From a virus (lineage: Duplodnaviria > Caudoviricetes), in IMG/VR virus record IMGVR_UViG_3300048849_000020, positions 1-43,487 of that record: a DNA stretch of 43,487 nt, one strand, 5' to 3'. This document shows, piece by piece, positions 16,520 to 26,317 of the stretch. How positions within the stretch are numbered: position 1 is the stretch's first letter; every line of letters begins with the position of its first letter. The notes under the pieces were generated by a model. The model saw nothing but the letters and a program-made list of their open reading frames with translations. It was not told the origin of the DNA and made no database searches. A program made the translations under genes and the position numbers.

Positions 16520-16876
16520 TTGGCTACGGCAACGATCCCGAAGTCTCTCGGGGCTGCAGGAAAGTCTCTGTGGTCCTCGGTGACGAAGAAGTACGACCTG
16601 CGCGCAGATGAACTCGTGACTCTCGAGGCTGCTTGCCGTGCGTCTGATCGTGTCGTTGCGATGGAAGCCGAGCGTGTGGGGGAGATTATGACTGCTGGTT
16701 CTATGGGGCAGCCGATCGTGCACCCGCTCATTGCTGAGGTGCGGGCGCATGAAGCGCAGATCGCTAGCCTTCTTGCGAAGCTGAAGCTGCCGGATGAGTC
16801 CTCTGAGGGTGCGGTCAACCAGAACCGTGCCGCTGGGCAGTCTCGTTGGGCTGCTTCTCATGGCCGTACCGCGTAA
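16520..16876 (+). CDS. terS: Terminase small subunit
   Basis: GGAGG RBS; PKSLGAAGKSLW...L..ACR..D...GSMGQPIVHPLI.E.R. Confidence 0.88.
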   Translation: MATATIPKSLGAAGKSLWSSVTKKYDLRADELVTLEAACRASDRVVAMEAERVGEIMTAGSMGQPIVHPLIAEVRAHEAQIASLLAKLKLPDESSEGAVNQNRAAGQSRWAASHGRTA

Positions 16877-18629
16877 CGGTGGACCGGCCCTACTGACTTC
16901 TGAGGACTCGGAGCGTCAAGAGATTGTCGCTTGGTACCGGGACATGCTCGAGAACACGGCACCGCCCGCTGAGCTCGCTTGGGAACCGGTACGGATCGGC
17001 CCGACGTGGCAGTGGGACAACGGTTGGCTGCTCCCCGAAGCGTCTTTGGGCTGGGACTTCATGGCTTGGTGCGGCATGTGGCTCCGAGGCAAGAAGGGGC
17101 CTTGGCAGTTCACCCCGGAGCAGGCTCGTTTCCTGCTGTGGTTCTTCGCTCTTGAGTCGGATGGGCAGTTCGCTTACCACTCGGCGGTTCTGCAGCGGCT
17201 GAAGGGCTGGGGTAAGGACCCGATGCTTGCCACACTGTCAGTGGGGCACATGTTCGGTCCGACACTGTTCGATCATTGGGACGGCGACCGTCCGGTGGGT
17301 CGTGACAACGAAAACGCCTGGGTGCAGGTGGTCGCGGTGTCTCAGGTGCAGACGCAGAACACGATGAAGCTGTTCCCTTCGCTGATCAGTCCCGAGGCCC
17401 GTCGTCGGTACGGCATTCAGGTCGGCAAGCTCAACGTGTGGGGCTTGGGTGACACTCGCCAGATTGAGGCGGTCACTGCTTCTGTTATGGCGATTGAGGG
17501 TGGCCGGCCGACGCTAATTGGCCGCAATGAGACTCAGAACTGGAACAGTTCGAATGGCGGCCACGATATGGCTGGCGCTATTGAGGGCAACGCGGCGAAG
17601 TCGGAGATTGGTTCTCCTGCCCGCATGCTCGACATCTGCAATGCGTACCGGCCGGGTGAGGATTCTGTTGGTCAGCGACAGCGTGAGGCTTATGAGTCCA
17701 CGTTGGGCGCTGATGATGCCACGAATGCTGAGTACGGCGTCATGTATGACTCTCTCGAGGCCCCTCCTGAAGCGCCCTTGACGCTGGATGCGGCTCCTTC
17801 GGTCGTTAAGTCGGTTCGTGGTGACGCGATCTGGTTGGACGCTGAGGGGCGGATCAAGAAGTCGATCGCTAACCCGGTGAACACTCCTAGCGAGTCGCGG
17901 CGTAAGTGGTACAACCAGATCACTGCCGCTGAGGATGCGTGGACTGAGCCTGCGGAGTTCGATCCGCTTGCGGCTTCGGATGAAGTGGTTGAGGACGGCG
18001 AAGAGATCGCCATGTTCCTCGACTGCTCCAAGTCGGATGACGCGACGGCCCTGGTTGGCGTTCGCATGGCCGATGGGCACGTCTTCACGATGGGCATGTG
18101 GCAGCGTCCGCCCGGAAAGCGCGGCGACGGCTGGTTGGCCCCGCGTGAGGACGTTGACGGCGTGGTGGACCATGCGTTCACCAAGTACAAGGTGGTCGGT
18201 TTCTTCGGTGATCCCTCGCACACTTTGGATGACGAAACGATGGACCGCTACTGGGACCCCTTGTTCGACAAGTGGCACCTGAAGTACAGGCACAAGCTGC
18301 GTATCTGGGCGTCGGGTACGAAGGGTGGCAAGGGCCACTCGGTCATGTTCGACATGTCTGCGCGTGACAATGCTCGCGACTTCGCTTCTGCTGTTGGTTT
18401 CACGCTCGAGGAAATCAAGTCAGCGTCGTTCACGCACGACGCTGATCCGCGCCTCCGACGCCATGTCCTGAACGCGCGCCGGTATCCGGTGCAGGGGTTC
18501 GTGTCGATCGCGAAGGACGGACGCGAGTCGAAGAACAAGATTGACCTGGCTATCTGCATGGTCGGTGCGCGGATGGTGCGCCGGCAGATCATGAACAACT
18601 CGAAGAAGAAGGGTGGCCGCGTATGGTGA
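16860..18629 (+). CDS. terL: Terminase large subunit
   Basis: QRLKGWGKDP Walker A variant, VAVSQVQT, NETQ Walker B, FLDCSKSDDAT, KIDLAI nuclease motifs. Confidence 0.95.
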   Translation: MAVPRNGGPALLTSEDSERQEIVAWYRDMLENTAPPAELAWEPVRIGPTWQWDNGWLLPEASLGWDFMAWCGMWLRGKKGPWQFTPEQARFLLWFFALESDGQFAYHSAVLQRLKGWGKDPMLATLSVGHMFGPTLFDHWDGDRPVGRDNENAWVQVVAVSQVQTQNTMKLFPSLISPEARRRYGIQVGKLNVWGLGDTRQIEAVTASVMAIEGGRPTLIGRNETQNWNSSNGGHDMAGAIEGNAAKSEIGSPARMLDICNAYRPGEDSVGQRQREAYESTLGADDATNAEYGVMYDSLEAPPEAPLTLDAAPSVVKSVRGDAIWLDAEGRIKKSIANPVNTPSESRRKWYNQITAAEDAWTEPAEFDPLAASDEVVEDGEEIAMFLDCSKSDDATALVGVRMADGHVFTMGMWQRPPGKRGDGWLAPREDVDGVVDHAFTKYKVVGFFGDPSHTLDDETMDRYWDPLFDKWHLKYRHKLRIWASGTKGGKGHSVMFDMSARDNARDFASAVGFTLEEIKSASFTHDADPRLRRHVLNARRYPVQGFVSIAKDGRESKNKIDLAICMVGARMVRRQIMNNSKKKGGRVW

Positions 18630-19960
18630 TGTCACGTAGCGCGGTTGTCGAGCTCGCTCGCGATTCCCTGATTCCTGCTTGGCAGTCCGAGCGCCAGCGT
18701 CTTGACAGCATCGATGCTTGGTACCGCTGGGATCCGGAGAAGGTTCGGGTTCCGAACCACGCGGACCAGGAAGAGAAGTACCTGCGCGACTTGTCGGAAA
18801 CGCCGTGGCTTGGCCTGGTGGTGACGACGGTTGCGCAGCAGCTTGTCGCTGAGCTTCTGCGGTCCGCTGAGCGCGATACGAAGGCGCTGTGGCTGCCGTG
18901 GCAGCGGAACAGGATGCAGTCCCGTCAGCGTGCCATTCACCGTGCTGCGCTGGCGTATGGGTACGCGTACACGACGGTCACGCCGGGTGATACTGGCGCT
19001 GTGATTCGGGGGCGTTCGCCTCGAGACATGTACGCCGTGTACGGGGACCCGGTGATCGACGAGTACCCGCTGTACTACTTGATCTCCAAGGGCGGCGGCC
19101 TGTTCACGGTCACCGACGAAGAGATGGTGTACACGCTCGGCTTGGAGAACGGGAAGCTCACGTACATCACGGAGGACGCTCACGAAGCGGGTGTCGCTCC
19201 GGGAATTCGCTACTCGAACCAGATCGACCTTGAGGGTCGCACTCCTGGCGAGGTTGAGCCGTTCATCCCGCTGGCGAAGCGGATCAACAAGACCACGTTC
19301 GACCGGCTGCTGATTCAGCACCACTCGTCATGGAAGGTCCGGACCGCTACTGGGCTCGACGACCCCACCGATGAGGCTGACAACGAGAAGCGCAAGATGT
19401 TGCTCCGTCAAAACGACATTCTGACCGGCGGCGATGGCGTGCAGTTCGGCACTCTAGACGAGACGTCCCCGGAGCCGTTGATCAAGGCGGGCGAGACGGA
19501 CATTGAGACGCTGGCTGCAGTGTCTCAAACTCCAGCTCACGCCCTCACCGGCAAGATGATCAACCTGTCCGCGGACGCCATCACTGAGGCTCGAGCGATG
19601 CTCGACCTGAAGGCCGGCGAACGCAAGGTCGGTTTCGGTGACTCGCACATTCAAACGCTCCGTATGGCTGCGCACGTCGAGGGCCGCGACGATGATGCGT
19701 CGGACTTCTCGCTGGTCATCGACTGGGCCGATCTCGGATCCCGGTCCATGAACCAGGCAGCTGACGCGCTCGGGAAGCTCGCAACCATGCTCGGCATCCC
19801 GCCGGAGAAGCTATGGGATCGGATTCCCGGCGTGACTCCGGATCTTGCCGACGCGTGGCTGAAGTACAAGCAGGACAACCCGTCTGCCGATGAGCAGTTG
19901 GCGAACGCTCTGAGGGGTCAAGCAAATGGCGTTGACACCGCAGGGCCAACGGCTAACTGA
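18623..19960 (+). CDS. Portal protein (SPP1 gp6-like)
   Basis: Follows terL; TPWLGLVV, ALAYGYAY, SQTPAH.L..NLSADAI. Confidence 0.92.
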   Translation: MVMSRSAVVELARDSLIPAWQSERQRLDSIDAWYRWDPEKVRVPNHADQEEKYLRDLSETPWLGLVVTTVAQQLVAELLRSAERDTKALWLPWQRNRMQSRQRAIHRAALAYGYAYTTVTPGDTGAVIRGRSPRDMYAVYGDPVIDEYPLYYLISKGGGLFTVTDEEMVYTLGLENGKLTYITEDAHEAGVAPGIRYSNQIDLEGRTPGEVEPFIPLAKRINKTTFDRLLIQHHSSWKVRTATGLDDPTDEADNEKRKMLLRQNDILTGGDGVQFGTLDETSPEPLIKAGETDIETLAAVSQTPAHALTGKMINLSADAITEARAMLDLKAGERKVGFGDSHIQTLRMAAHVEGRDDDASDFSLVIDWADLGSRSMNQAADALGKLATMLGIPPEKLWDRIPGVTPDLADAWLKYKQDNPSADEQLANALRGQANGVDTAGPTAN

Positions 19961-20726
19961 GGCCAACCGGCTTCGGCAGATCAGGTTGGCGGCACAGGCC
20001 GCTGGTGTTGCGCTCGTCCTCTGGGACGATCTCAGCGCCAGCGACCTGGACGCTTCTACCCCGGCTTGGCTCGCTGCGAACACTGCGCTTGCGAACCGCT
20101 TCGGCGAGCAGTCGAAGGACGCCACTGCCTCGTACATAGAACGGTATCGGGCGGCTGAGGTAGGTGCCGCTACCGGCCAGATCGTGACTCCGATTGCGGA
20201 CGGGTTGCTGACGTCGCAGGTGTTACTGCTTGCTGGCCCTGTGCGGGTTAAGCAGCTGATCAAGTCGGGCGTTGCTGGTGGCGACGCATTGCGTGCCGCT
20301 CGTACCGGTTTCCTCGGGATGATGCGCCGTGAGGTGATGCAGCCGGGGCGCAAGACGATCGATCTGACGACGGACCAGGATCAAGCCGCTATTGGCTGGC
20401 GGCGCGTCTCGGACGGCGACCCGTGTTCGTTCTGTGCCCTTCTGTGTTCCCGTGGCCCGGTCTATCGATCGCGAGGGTACGCGGGCGCTGATCCAACGCA
20501 GGGCTTGCGGATGAAGTTCCACGCGCACTGCGGATGTTCCGCTGAAATCGTGTACGGCTCATGGGAGCCAAACGCTGACGAGCAGGCGTATGTCGATTCC
20601 TACAAGTCAGCGGTCGCTTCGGTGAACGCGGCTGGTGCTAAGCGCAGCCCGCAGAACATCCTTCGCGAGATGCGCGGCAACGGATCGTTCCGCGACTCGC
20701 CGAGCGTCCGGAGAGTGGCTACCTAG
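19926..20726 (+). CDS. MuF-like minor capsid / head morphogenesis protein
   Basis: GWRRVSDGDPCSFCALLCSRG, FHAHCGC. Confidence 0.85.
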   Translation: MALTPQGQRLTEANRLRQIRLAAQAAGVALVLWDDLSASDLDASTPAWLAANTALANRFGEQSKDATASYIERYRAAEVGAATGQIVTPIADGLLTSQVLLLAGPVRVKQLIKSGVAGGDALRAARTGFLGMMRREVMQPGRKTIDLTTDQDQAAIGWRRVSDGDPCSFCALLCSRGPVYRSRGYAGADPTQGLRMKFHAHCGCSAEIVYGSWEPNADEQAYVDSYKSAVASVNAAGAKRSPQNILREMRGNGSFRDSPSVRRVAT

Positions 20727-21271
20727 CTCTTCGGACGAGGTGTCTTGATGTTGCGCTGTCGCCATTGGCGGTTGTACTCAGCACGACGCTCGCGATTTTT
20801 CCAGTAGTAAGCGCGGTTACGCTCGTAGGAGCACGTCCTGCAGGAGCGCTGCCCCTTGGTGCTCTCGATGGTGTTCGCTTCGGTGTATTCGTGTCCTTGC
20901 GGGCAGTGCGTGACAGCCCTGCGTTCTGCAGAGATTGTTCCTCCCCGCAAAAGGTTCTGCCTTCTAGTTGCTGGGCTCAGGTGGGCGGGGTTGCAGCATG
21001 CCCTATGCGGGCAGTCGGAGGCTTGCTTGGGAGCACACTTGGCCGGATCGTGGCAGAGGTGATCCAAATCGTGAGCCTCGGGGATGGGTCCAATCTCGGC
21101 TTCGTACAAAATCCTGTGCGCCGACTTCCAGTGCCCAATTCCATTTTCCTGCCATCCAACATGGCCGTAGCCACCTGACAGCGATCCCTGCCAGATCCAG
21201 CAGCCGTCTGCATTTTCGACTATCCGTTGCTTGACGCGGGCAACAACGCGATCCGGTGCTTCGATTCCCAT
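20723..21271 (-). CDS. HNH homing endonuclease with C-terminal Zn module, inserted antisense in the head operon
   Basis: GCWIWQG..GGYG..AHR..DLDHLCH..CCNPAHL..N; THCPQGH..CRTC; -10 TATGCT 6 nt before the ATG. Confidence 0.9.
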   Translation of the reverse strand: MGIEAPDRVVARVKQRIVENADGCWIWQGSLSGGYGHVGWQENGIGHWKSAHRILYEAEIGPIPEAHDLDHLCHDPAKCAPKQASDCPHRACCNPAHLSPATRRQNLLRGGTISAERRAVTHCPQGHEYTEANTIESTKGQRSCRTCSYERNRAYYWKNRERRAEYNRQWRQRNIKTPRPKS

Positions 21272-21384
21272 GAAGCCAGCATACTACAAGCATGCGCAAA
21301 ACAATGCGCCACAAGACCACCCAGTCCATGCAGGACGGGTAAATCGCTGCCCTGGTGGCAGCCCTACACGCCCCTGGAGGGCCA

Positions 21385-21870
21385 TTGAGTGACAACCCGA
21401 CTCCCGAGCCCGAGGCCCCCGAAGAGCCCACCCCCGAGGGTGAGCCCACGGAGCCGACCGAACCGGAGAAGGAACCGGAGCCTGACGCTTTTGACGCGGA
21501 TCGGGCTCGCGAAAAGATTCGCAAGCTGAACTCCGAGAGCAAGAACCTGCGTGAGCGTGCCGCTAAGGCCGAGCAGCAGGCGAAGGAAAACGCCGACAAT
21601 GGCGAGCGGCTGACGGCCCTGGAGGCCGAGAACCTGCGTCTCCGTATCGGAGTGAAGCACGGGCTCCCCGAGTCCCTTGTGAAGCGCCTCTCCGGCTCGA
21701 CCGAAGAGGAACTGCTGCAGGACGCGGAAGAGCTCATGGAGCTGTTCAAGGGCAAGACCGTGCCCTCGAATCAGCCGAAGGAGCGTCTGCGCGGCGGTGG
21801 CGACCCCACTGGCGAGCCTGACCCGACTGCAGATTCCGACAAGTTCGCGGCGGACATGTTCCGCCGCTAG
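21385..21870 (+). CDS. Capsid scaffolding protein
   Basis: GGAGG RBS and TTG start; acidic PE-rich N-terminus, coiled coil, RLSGSTEEELLQDAEEL. Confidence 0.88.
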   Translation: MSDNPTPEPEAPEEPTPEGEPTEPTEPEKEPEPDAFDADRAREKIRKLNSESKNLRERAAKAEQQAKENADNGERLTALEAENLRLRIGVKHGLPESLVKRLSGSTEEELLQDAEELMELFKGKTVPSNQPKERLRGGGDPTGEPDPTADSDKFAADMFRR

Positions 21871-21920
21871 GCACCCCGACCCGGTGGTGCCGAACCACTT
21901 TCTCACCTAGGAGGCCCACC

Positions 21921-22811
21921 GTGGCACACAACCTCTACACCCCGGAGCAGGCTGCTCGCGCCACGCTTGCGTCTCTCCGGTACCTCACCAACCTCCCTCG
22001 CACTGTCCGTCAGGACTTCAGCAACGAGTTCGTTGCGGGCCGTGGGCAGACTGTGAACGTTATCGGCCCCATCTCTGCCGGCAACGCGCACGTCTACACG
22101 AAGGCAAACCGGACCGCACGCGATGCGATTCAGTTCAATGACCTCACTCAGGGATTCTTCCCGGTGACGCTGGACACGCAGATCTACCACGCTGTGCGTC
22201 TTCCGGACGACTTCGCTACTTTCACCATCACCGATCTGACGCGCCAGGTTCTGATCCCGCAGGCCGAAGCCGTCGTAGACCAGCTCGCCGACCCGCTGAT
22301 CGCTGAGATGGTCGCCATCGATACTGATGCGTCGATCCCCGCGATCGCTCCGGACGGATCGAACTTCCGTGAGGCTCTGATCAAGGCCCGCAAGGTGCTC
22401 AACGACCGGAAGATCCCGGCCGCTGGTCGCACGCTCGCTGTCGGGTCCGAGCTCGAGGCTGCTGCACTGCAGGACACTCTGCTGCAGAAGGTCAACGAGT
22501 CCGGTTCCGGCGACGTCCTTCGGAACGCCACCATCGGACAGCTGTTCGGATTCACGATTGTCGCGGACCCGGCGCTGCCGTCCGATTTTGGTATCGCCTA
22601 CAACCGTGACGCGTTCGCGCACGTCACCCGACCCTCGAAGCAGCCGCAGGGTGCCGCCTACTCGGCGACGGTGGCTCAGGACGGCTACGCCCTCCGCTGG
22701 ATCCAGCACTACAACCCGCTGCAGCTTGAGGACCAGTCGGTGGTCGACACCTTCTTCGGCGCTTCGACGCTCGACGCGAACCGGGCTGTTTCGCTGACGA
22801 TGGCGGCGTAG
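21921..22811 (+). CDS. Major capsid protein
   Basis: AGGAGG RBS; follows scaffold; GRGQTVNV, LNDRKIP..GR, LRNATIGQLFGF. Confidence 0.9.
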   Translation: MAHNLYTPEQAARATLASLRYLTNLPRTVRQDFSNEFVAGRGQTVNVIGPISAGNAHVYTKANRTARDAIQFNDLTQGFFPVTLDTQIYHAVRLPDDFATFTITDLTRQVLIPQAEAVVDQLADPLIAEMVAIDTDASIPAIAPDGSNFREALIKARKVLNDRKIPAAGRTLAVGSELEAAALQDTLLQKVNESGSGDVLRNATIGQLFGFTIVADPALPSDFGIAYNRDAFAHVTRPSKQPQGAAYSATVAQDGYALRWIQHYNPLQLEDQSVVDTFFGASTLDANRAVSLTMAA

Positions 22812-23275
22812 TGGCTGCCCCGGCGACTCTTGCCGGGGTGAACGACCTTGCCGACTGGCTTGGTGAAGCCATAGATGGGAATGGCGCTGACGGCAAGCGT
22901 GCCGTCATGTGCCTCCGTATTGCGTCTGCCCTGGTTCGTAAGGAATCAGGGCAGACGTGGCTGACCGATGCCAACGCTCTCGTGCCGAATGTGCCCGAGG
23001 ATGCGGTGATGGTCACGCTGTATTGCGCGTCGCGGGTGTTTGACAACCGGAACGCGCAGACGTCGGGTGGCCTCGACGATTACAGCGAGGGCTGGAAGGT
23101 CGACGAGTCCGGCGCGTATCTCACGGCTTCGGAGAAGCGGATGCTGTCTGCTCTGCGAACGTCGAATGGGTTCGGGGGACTGGGAACGGTGGCAACAACT
23201 CGTGGCGGGTATGACCCGGACGTGAGTGGTTGGGTGCCGACTCCGACTCCCAACGTTCTGTTCCCCTGGTACTAG
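22811..23275 (+). CDS. Head-to-tail adaptor
   Basis: LA...DL..WLG...ASALVR...YLTASEKRML; position after the capsid gene. Confidence 0.8.
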   Translation: MAAPATLAGVNDLADWLGEAIDGNGADGKRAVMCLRIASALVRKESGQTWLTDANALVPNVPEDAVMVTLYCASRVFDNRNAQTSGGLDDYSEGWKVDESGAYLTASEKRMLSALRTSNGFGGLGTVATTRGGYDPDVSGWVPTPTPNVLFPWY

Positions 23276-23286
23276 GAGGTGGTCAC

Positions 23287-23685
23287 GTGCGAGCTGCACG
23301 GATTCTCGCACGTGGCCGCCACCTGGCTGCCGAGTTCATGACGGACACGGTGCAGGTGGGTTTCAACGTGCAGTCTTCGGAGATGGACGAGCACGATGAT
23401 TACATCAAGACGTTTACGCCCGTGTATGACGGTCCTGGCCGGTTCAAGGCGGGGAATGTGCAGGCGTCGGATGTGGAGTCGGCGGGGCAGCTGCTGGTGT
23501 CTCAGCTGGCCGTGCTGAGCCTGCCGATCGGTACGTCAGTGGATGTGCGGAACGGCATGGAGGTTCGCGTCACTGGGTCGTTGACGGATCCTGCTTTGCC
23601 GGGGACTGTGGCGACTGTTCGTGGTCCGTTCCGGTCGTCGTACGCGACGGCTCGGAGGTTCGCGGTCGAGGTGATCTCGGAGTGA
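23287..23685 (+). CDS. Head-to-tail stopper (DUF6093-like)
   Basis: GRHLAAEFMTDTV...VYDGPGR...TARRF; AGGAGG RBS. Confidence 0.75.
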   Translation: MRAARILARGRHLAAEFMTDTVQVGFNVQSSEMDEHDDYIKTFTPVYDGPGRFKAGNVQASDVESAGQLLVSQLAVLSLPIGTSVDVRNGMEVRVTGSLTDPALPGTVATVRGPFRSSYATARRFAVEVISE

Positions 23686-24083
23686 TCTCGTTCGACTTCA
23701 GCGAGGTCGACCGGCTGACCGCGGACTTTCATGAAGCGCAAAGCAACATTGGCGAGTTCGCGCGGAAGGCTATTGAGATCACTGGGCGAAACGTGAAGCG
23801 TGACTGGCGCTCGAGCCTTGCTGGCCGTCGTGCGCTTCGTGGCGGCGCTCGTTCCATCAACTACACGATCCGCGGCGGGCGAGCCATTCGTGCTTTGGAG
23901 ATCACGGTAGAAGTTGGTGCCGATCTGGGCGGGCAGGGCTCGCTGGTGTTCATCGACGAATACGGGGCGCTTGACACTGCCCCGCGTCGTTCTGGTGCGA
24001 ACGCTGTCCGTGCGAACGAAGCGGACTTCATTCGTGGCATTGAGCAGGCTGCTGCTGACTCGTTGAGGGCGGTGAATCTGTGA
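23682..24083 (+). CDS. Neck / HK97 gp10-like protein
   Basis: Synteny; SINY...EYG motif. Confidence 0.65.
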   Translation: MISFDFSEVDRLTADFHEAQSNIGEFARKAIEITGRNVKRDWRSSLAGRRALRGGARSINYTIRGGRAIRALEITVEVGADLGGQGSLVFIDEYGALDTAPRRSGANAVRANEADFIRGIEQAAADSLRAVNL

Positions 24084-24475
24084 TCCGTGAGATGAAGAAC
24101 GCTGTGCTTGCGCGGCTCCGTGAGGATCCCGAGCTTGCCACGTCGGTTTTTGAGGGTGTTGTGACGACGCGGCCGAAGCGTTACGTGACGGTGTTTTCCG
24201 ACTCGGGGTATCGCTCGGCGGAACGTTTCACTGGGTCGCAGTCAACGTCGGCGCAGTCGTTTACGGTCCACTCAGTGGGAACGACGCCGGATCAGGCGCA
24301 GGCGATGGCTGATCGGGTGTTTCGGCAGCTGCTCGACTGGACGCCGAGCATTCCTGGCCGTGTGTGCCGGCGGATGCGTCATGAGGCTTCGGAGCCGGTG
24401 CAGCTCGACACGGACGCTGACGTTCCGATGTTTTACGGCGTCGATGTGTTCGAGGTCACGTCCTCCCCGTCCTGA
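24080..24475 (+). CDS. Tail terminator / completion protein
   Basis: Synteny; VHSVG.T..QA...ADRV...L. Confidence 0.75.
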   Translation: MIREMKNAVLARLREDPELATSVFEGVVTTRPKRYVTVFSDSGYRSAERFTGSQSTSAQSFTVHSVGTTPDQAQAMADRVFRQLLDWTPSIPGRVCRRMRHEASEPVQLDTDADVPMFYGVDVFEVTSSPS

Positions 24476-24515
24476 CTGTTCTGCTCGAGAGCCCTGTGAG
24501 AGGGGAAGCATTCGC

Positions 24516-24725
24516 ATGCCTGGATTTCTGAAAGTGCACGCCGCATCTGGCGAGAAGCACGAGTTTTACGCACCTGCCGATTGGGTTGCAGCGCACCCCG
24601 ACGTGTACAAGGTGCTCGACAAGGAGCCGGTGTCTACTCCCCGCCCTGTCGTCTATGTCTCTGGTTCGGCGTCCGCCAAGACCAGTAAGTCCGTGGGCAA
24701 GACCAATAAGGAGGGGGCCGAATGA
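24516..24725 (+). CDS. Small hypothetical virion-region protein
   Basis: GAGGGG RBS; ATGA overlap with the major tail gene. Confidence 0.65.
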   Translation: MPGFLKVHAASGEKHEFYAPADWVAAHPDVYKVLDKEPVSTPRPVVYVSGSASAKTSKSVGKTNKEGAE

Positions 24726-25225
24726 GCCTCGAAGAAGTTCCTGCCGGCACTCCGTCCGATGGCAACGGCAAGGTCTGGTTCGTTCCGACGATCGCTGACC
24801 CGTCGAAGCCGAAGGTCACTGAGCTGAAGGCTGAGACCGCTGTTCCGCTGACGTACTCGATCACGGGTGACGGCTACGCGCACACCGTGACGATCAACAA
24901 GATCACTGCGAACCGTCTGACGCTGCCGAACCAGATCCAGTATGACGGCACCGAGGTCGACGATCTGTCGATCACGTACGCATACACGAACACTGAGGGC
25001 GACATCGTGCGCCTCGCGCTGCCGAAGGGCACCACGGGATTCATCGTGGAGCGTTGGGCTGTCGCGAACGAGGTGGACCCGACTATCGGGCAGATCGTGG
25101 ATGTGCTCCCGATCCAGGCGTCCACTCCGCTGAAGAACGCTCCGGTGACGAACCAGGAGCTGACGCGCACTCAGGCGCTGAACATCACCGGCAAGGTGTA
25201 CCGCGACGTTCCGCTCGTCGCGTAG
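24722..25225 (+). CDS. Major tail protein
   Basis: DGNGKVWFVPTIADPSKP..TEL, GTTGFIVERW, GQIVDVLP. Confidence 0.88.
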   Translation: MSLEEVPAGTPSDGNGKVWFVPTIADPSKPKVTELKAETAVPLTYSITGDGYAHTVTINKITANRLTLPNQIQYDGTEVDDLSITYAYTNTEGDIVRLALPKGTTGFIVERWAVANEVDPTIGQIVDVLPIQASTPLKNAPVTNQELTRTQALNITGKVYRDVPLVA

Positions 25226-25243
25226 CACCTGCTGTTAGACCCC

Positions 25244-25300
25244 GGCCGGGACGTCACCATGCCCACGGAGCGTCCCGGCCGGCCCCCTTTCCCCTTTGAT
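25244..25300 (+). terminator. Hairpin after the major tail gene
   Basis: GGCCGGGACG...CGTCCCGGCC followed by a pyrimidine-rich tract. Confidence 0.55.
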
Positions 25301-25329
25301 TCGTGGGTATCCGTGGGAGGAACTGAACA

Positions 25330-25752
25330 GTGTCATTTATTGACGATCTTGTCGCTCAGGCGAAGGAAGCACCGATCCCTTTTCAGGAGGTGGAAGTAGA
25401 GCTCGCGGGCAAGGTTGTCACGCTGAAGTTCTACCGTTCCGACGGCAAGGTGTGGACCGGTATCACGGCGAAGTGCCCTGCCCGTATCCATTCGCCGATC
25501 GACCGCCAGTACGGCTACGACTACCAGCTGGCAGCTCGCGCCGCCGCTGTGGTCGACGGTCGTGTGGTGGATGGGGAGAAGGAGCTAAAGCGAACTCCGG
25601 AGCAGTGGGATGCGCTGTTCGATGTGCTTGCTGGTGGGGATCTCGAGAAGATCCATTCCGCGGTGTGGCAGCTGAATGCTTATGACCCGCAGGTGCGTCT
25701 GGTCGAAGCAAAAAAAGCCTTGGCGGACGAGTCCTCGAAGAAGCCCGCTTAG
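25330..25752 (+). CDS. Tail assembly chaperone (gpG-like)
   Basis: Between major tail and tape measure genes; slippery A-AAA-AAA near the end. Confidence 0.85.
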   Translation: MSFIDDLVAQAKEAPIPFQEVEVELAGKVVTLKFYRSDGKVWTGITAKCPARIHSPIDRQYGYDYQLAARAAAVVDGRVVDGEKELKRTPEQWDALFDVLAGGDLEKIHSAVWQLNAYDPQVRLVEAKKALADESSKKPA

Positions 25753-26120
25753 CGCGTGAGCTTGGCGTTTCCGTTCGCCGCTTGTATGGGTGGGAGCCAC
25801 GGCAAACCACTGAGTACGAGTACGACGCGAACGGGACACTGATTCGTTCGGTTACGACGACAGAGCCGGAGTTCACGCCTGCAGAAACGGATCTGCTGTT
25901 GGCATCGCGTTGGCATGAGCGTTCCGTGAACGAGTACGGCATCGAGCATGACGTCGCTACTGATCCGGCAAACAAGGGCAAGTTCGCTGCTCGCCCCACG
26001 ATCGATTTCTCCATTGCTGAGGTTGAACGTCAGCAACGCGAGTACCGGGAGCAGTACAAGCATCAGCACTTGGACGGCTACCGGTGGGCAGTTGAACTAG
26101 TGGTTCCGGACGAGGCCTAG
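25330..26120 (+). CDS. Tail assembly chaperone gpGT (via -1 frameshift at 25710-25716)
   Basis: The -1 frame is open from 25716 (SLGGRVLEEARLARELGVSVRRLYGWEP...) to TAG at 26120. Confidence 0.8.
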
Positions 26121-26288
26121 CACGTAGGCAATCAGCCCGACCACTACTCCTGCCCCGAAAAGCATGAGTCCGAACCACGGCGACGCCTCGTTCGGCAGCG
26201 CAATGACGATCCACAGCATGCCGATTACGAGCAGGCCTATCGCTGCGATCAACCAACTCTGGACTACACGGTCCCCCTGCGCTTTCAC
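26097..26288 (-). CDS. Small two-TM membrane protein (moron-like, antisense)
   Basis: WLIAAIGLLVIGMLWIVIAL and WFGLMLFGAGVVVGLIAYVLGL; TACACT -10 element 6 nt before the GTG. Confidence 0.65.
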   Translation of the reverse strand: MKAQGDRVVQSWLIAAIGLLVIGMLWIVIALPNEASPWFGLMLFGAGVVVGLIAYVLGLVRNH

Positions 26289-26317
26289 GCGCTCAGTGTA
26301 CGGCTTAGGAGGCTTCC

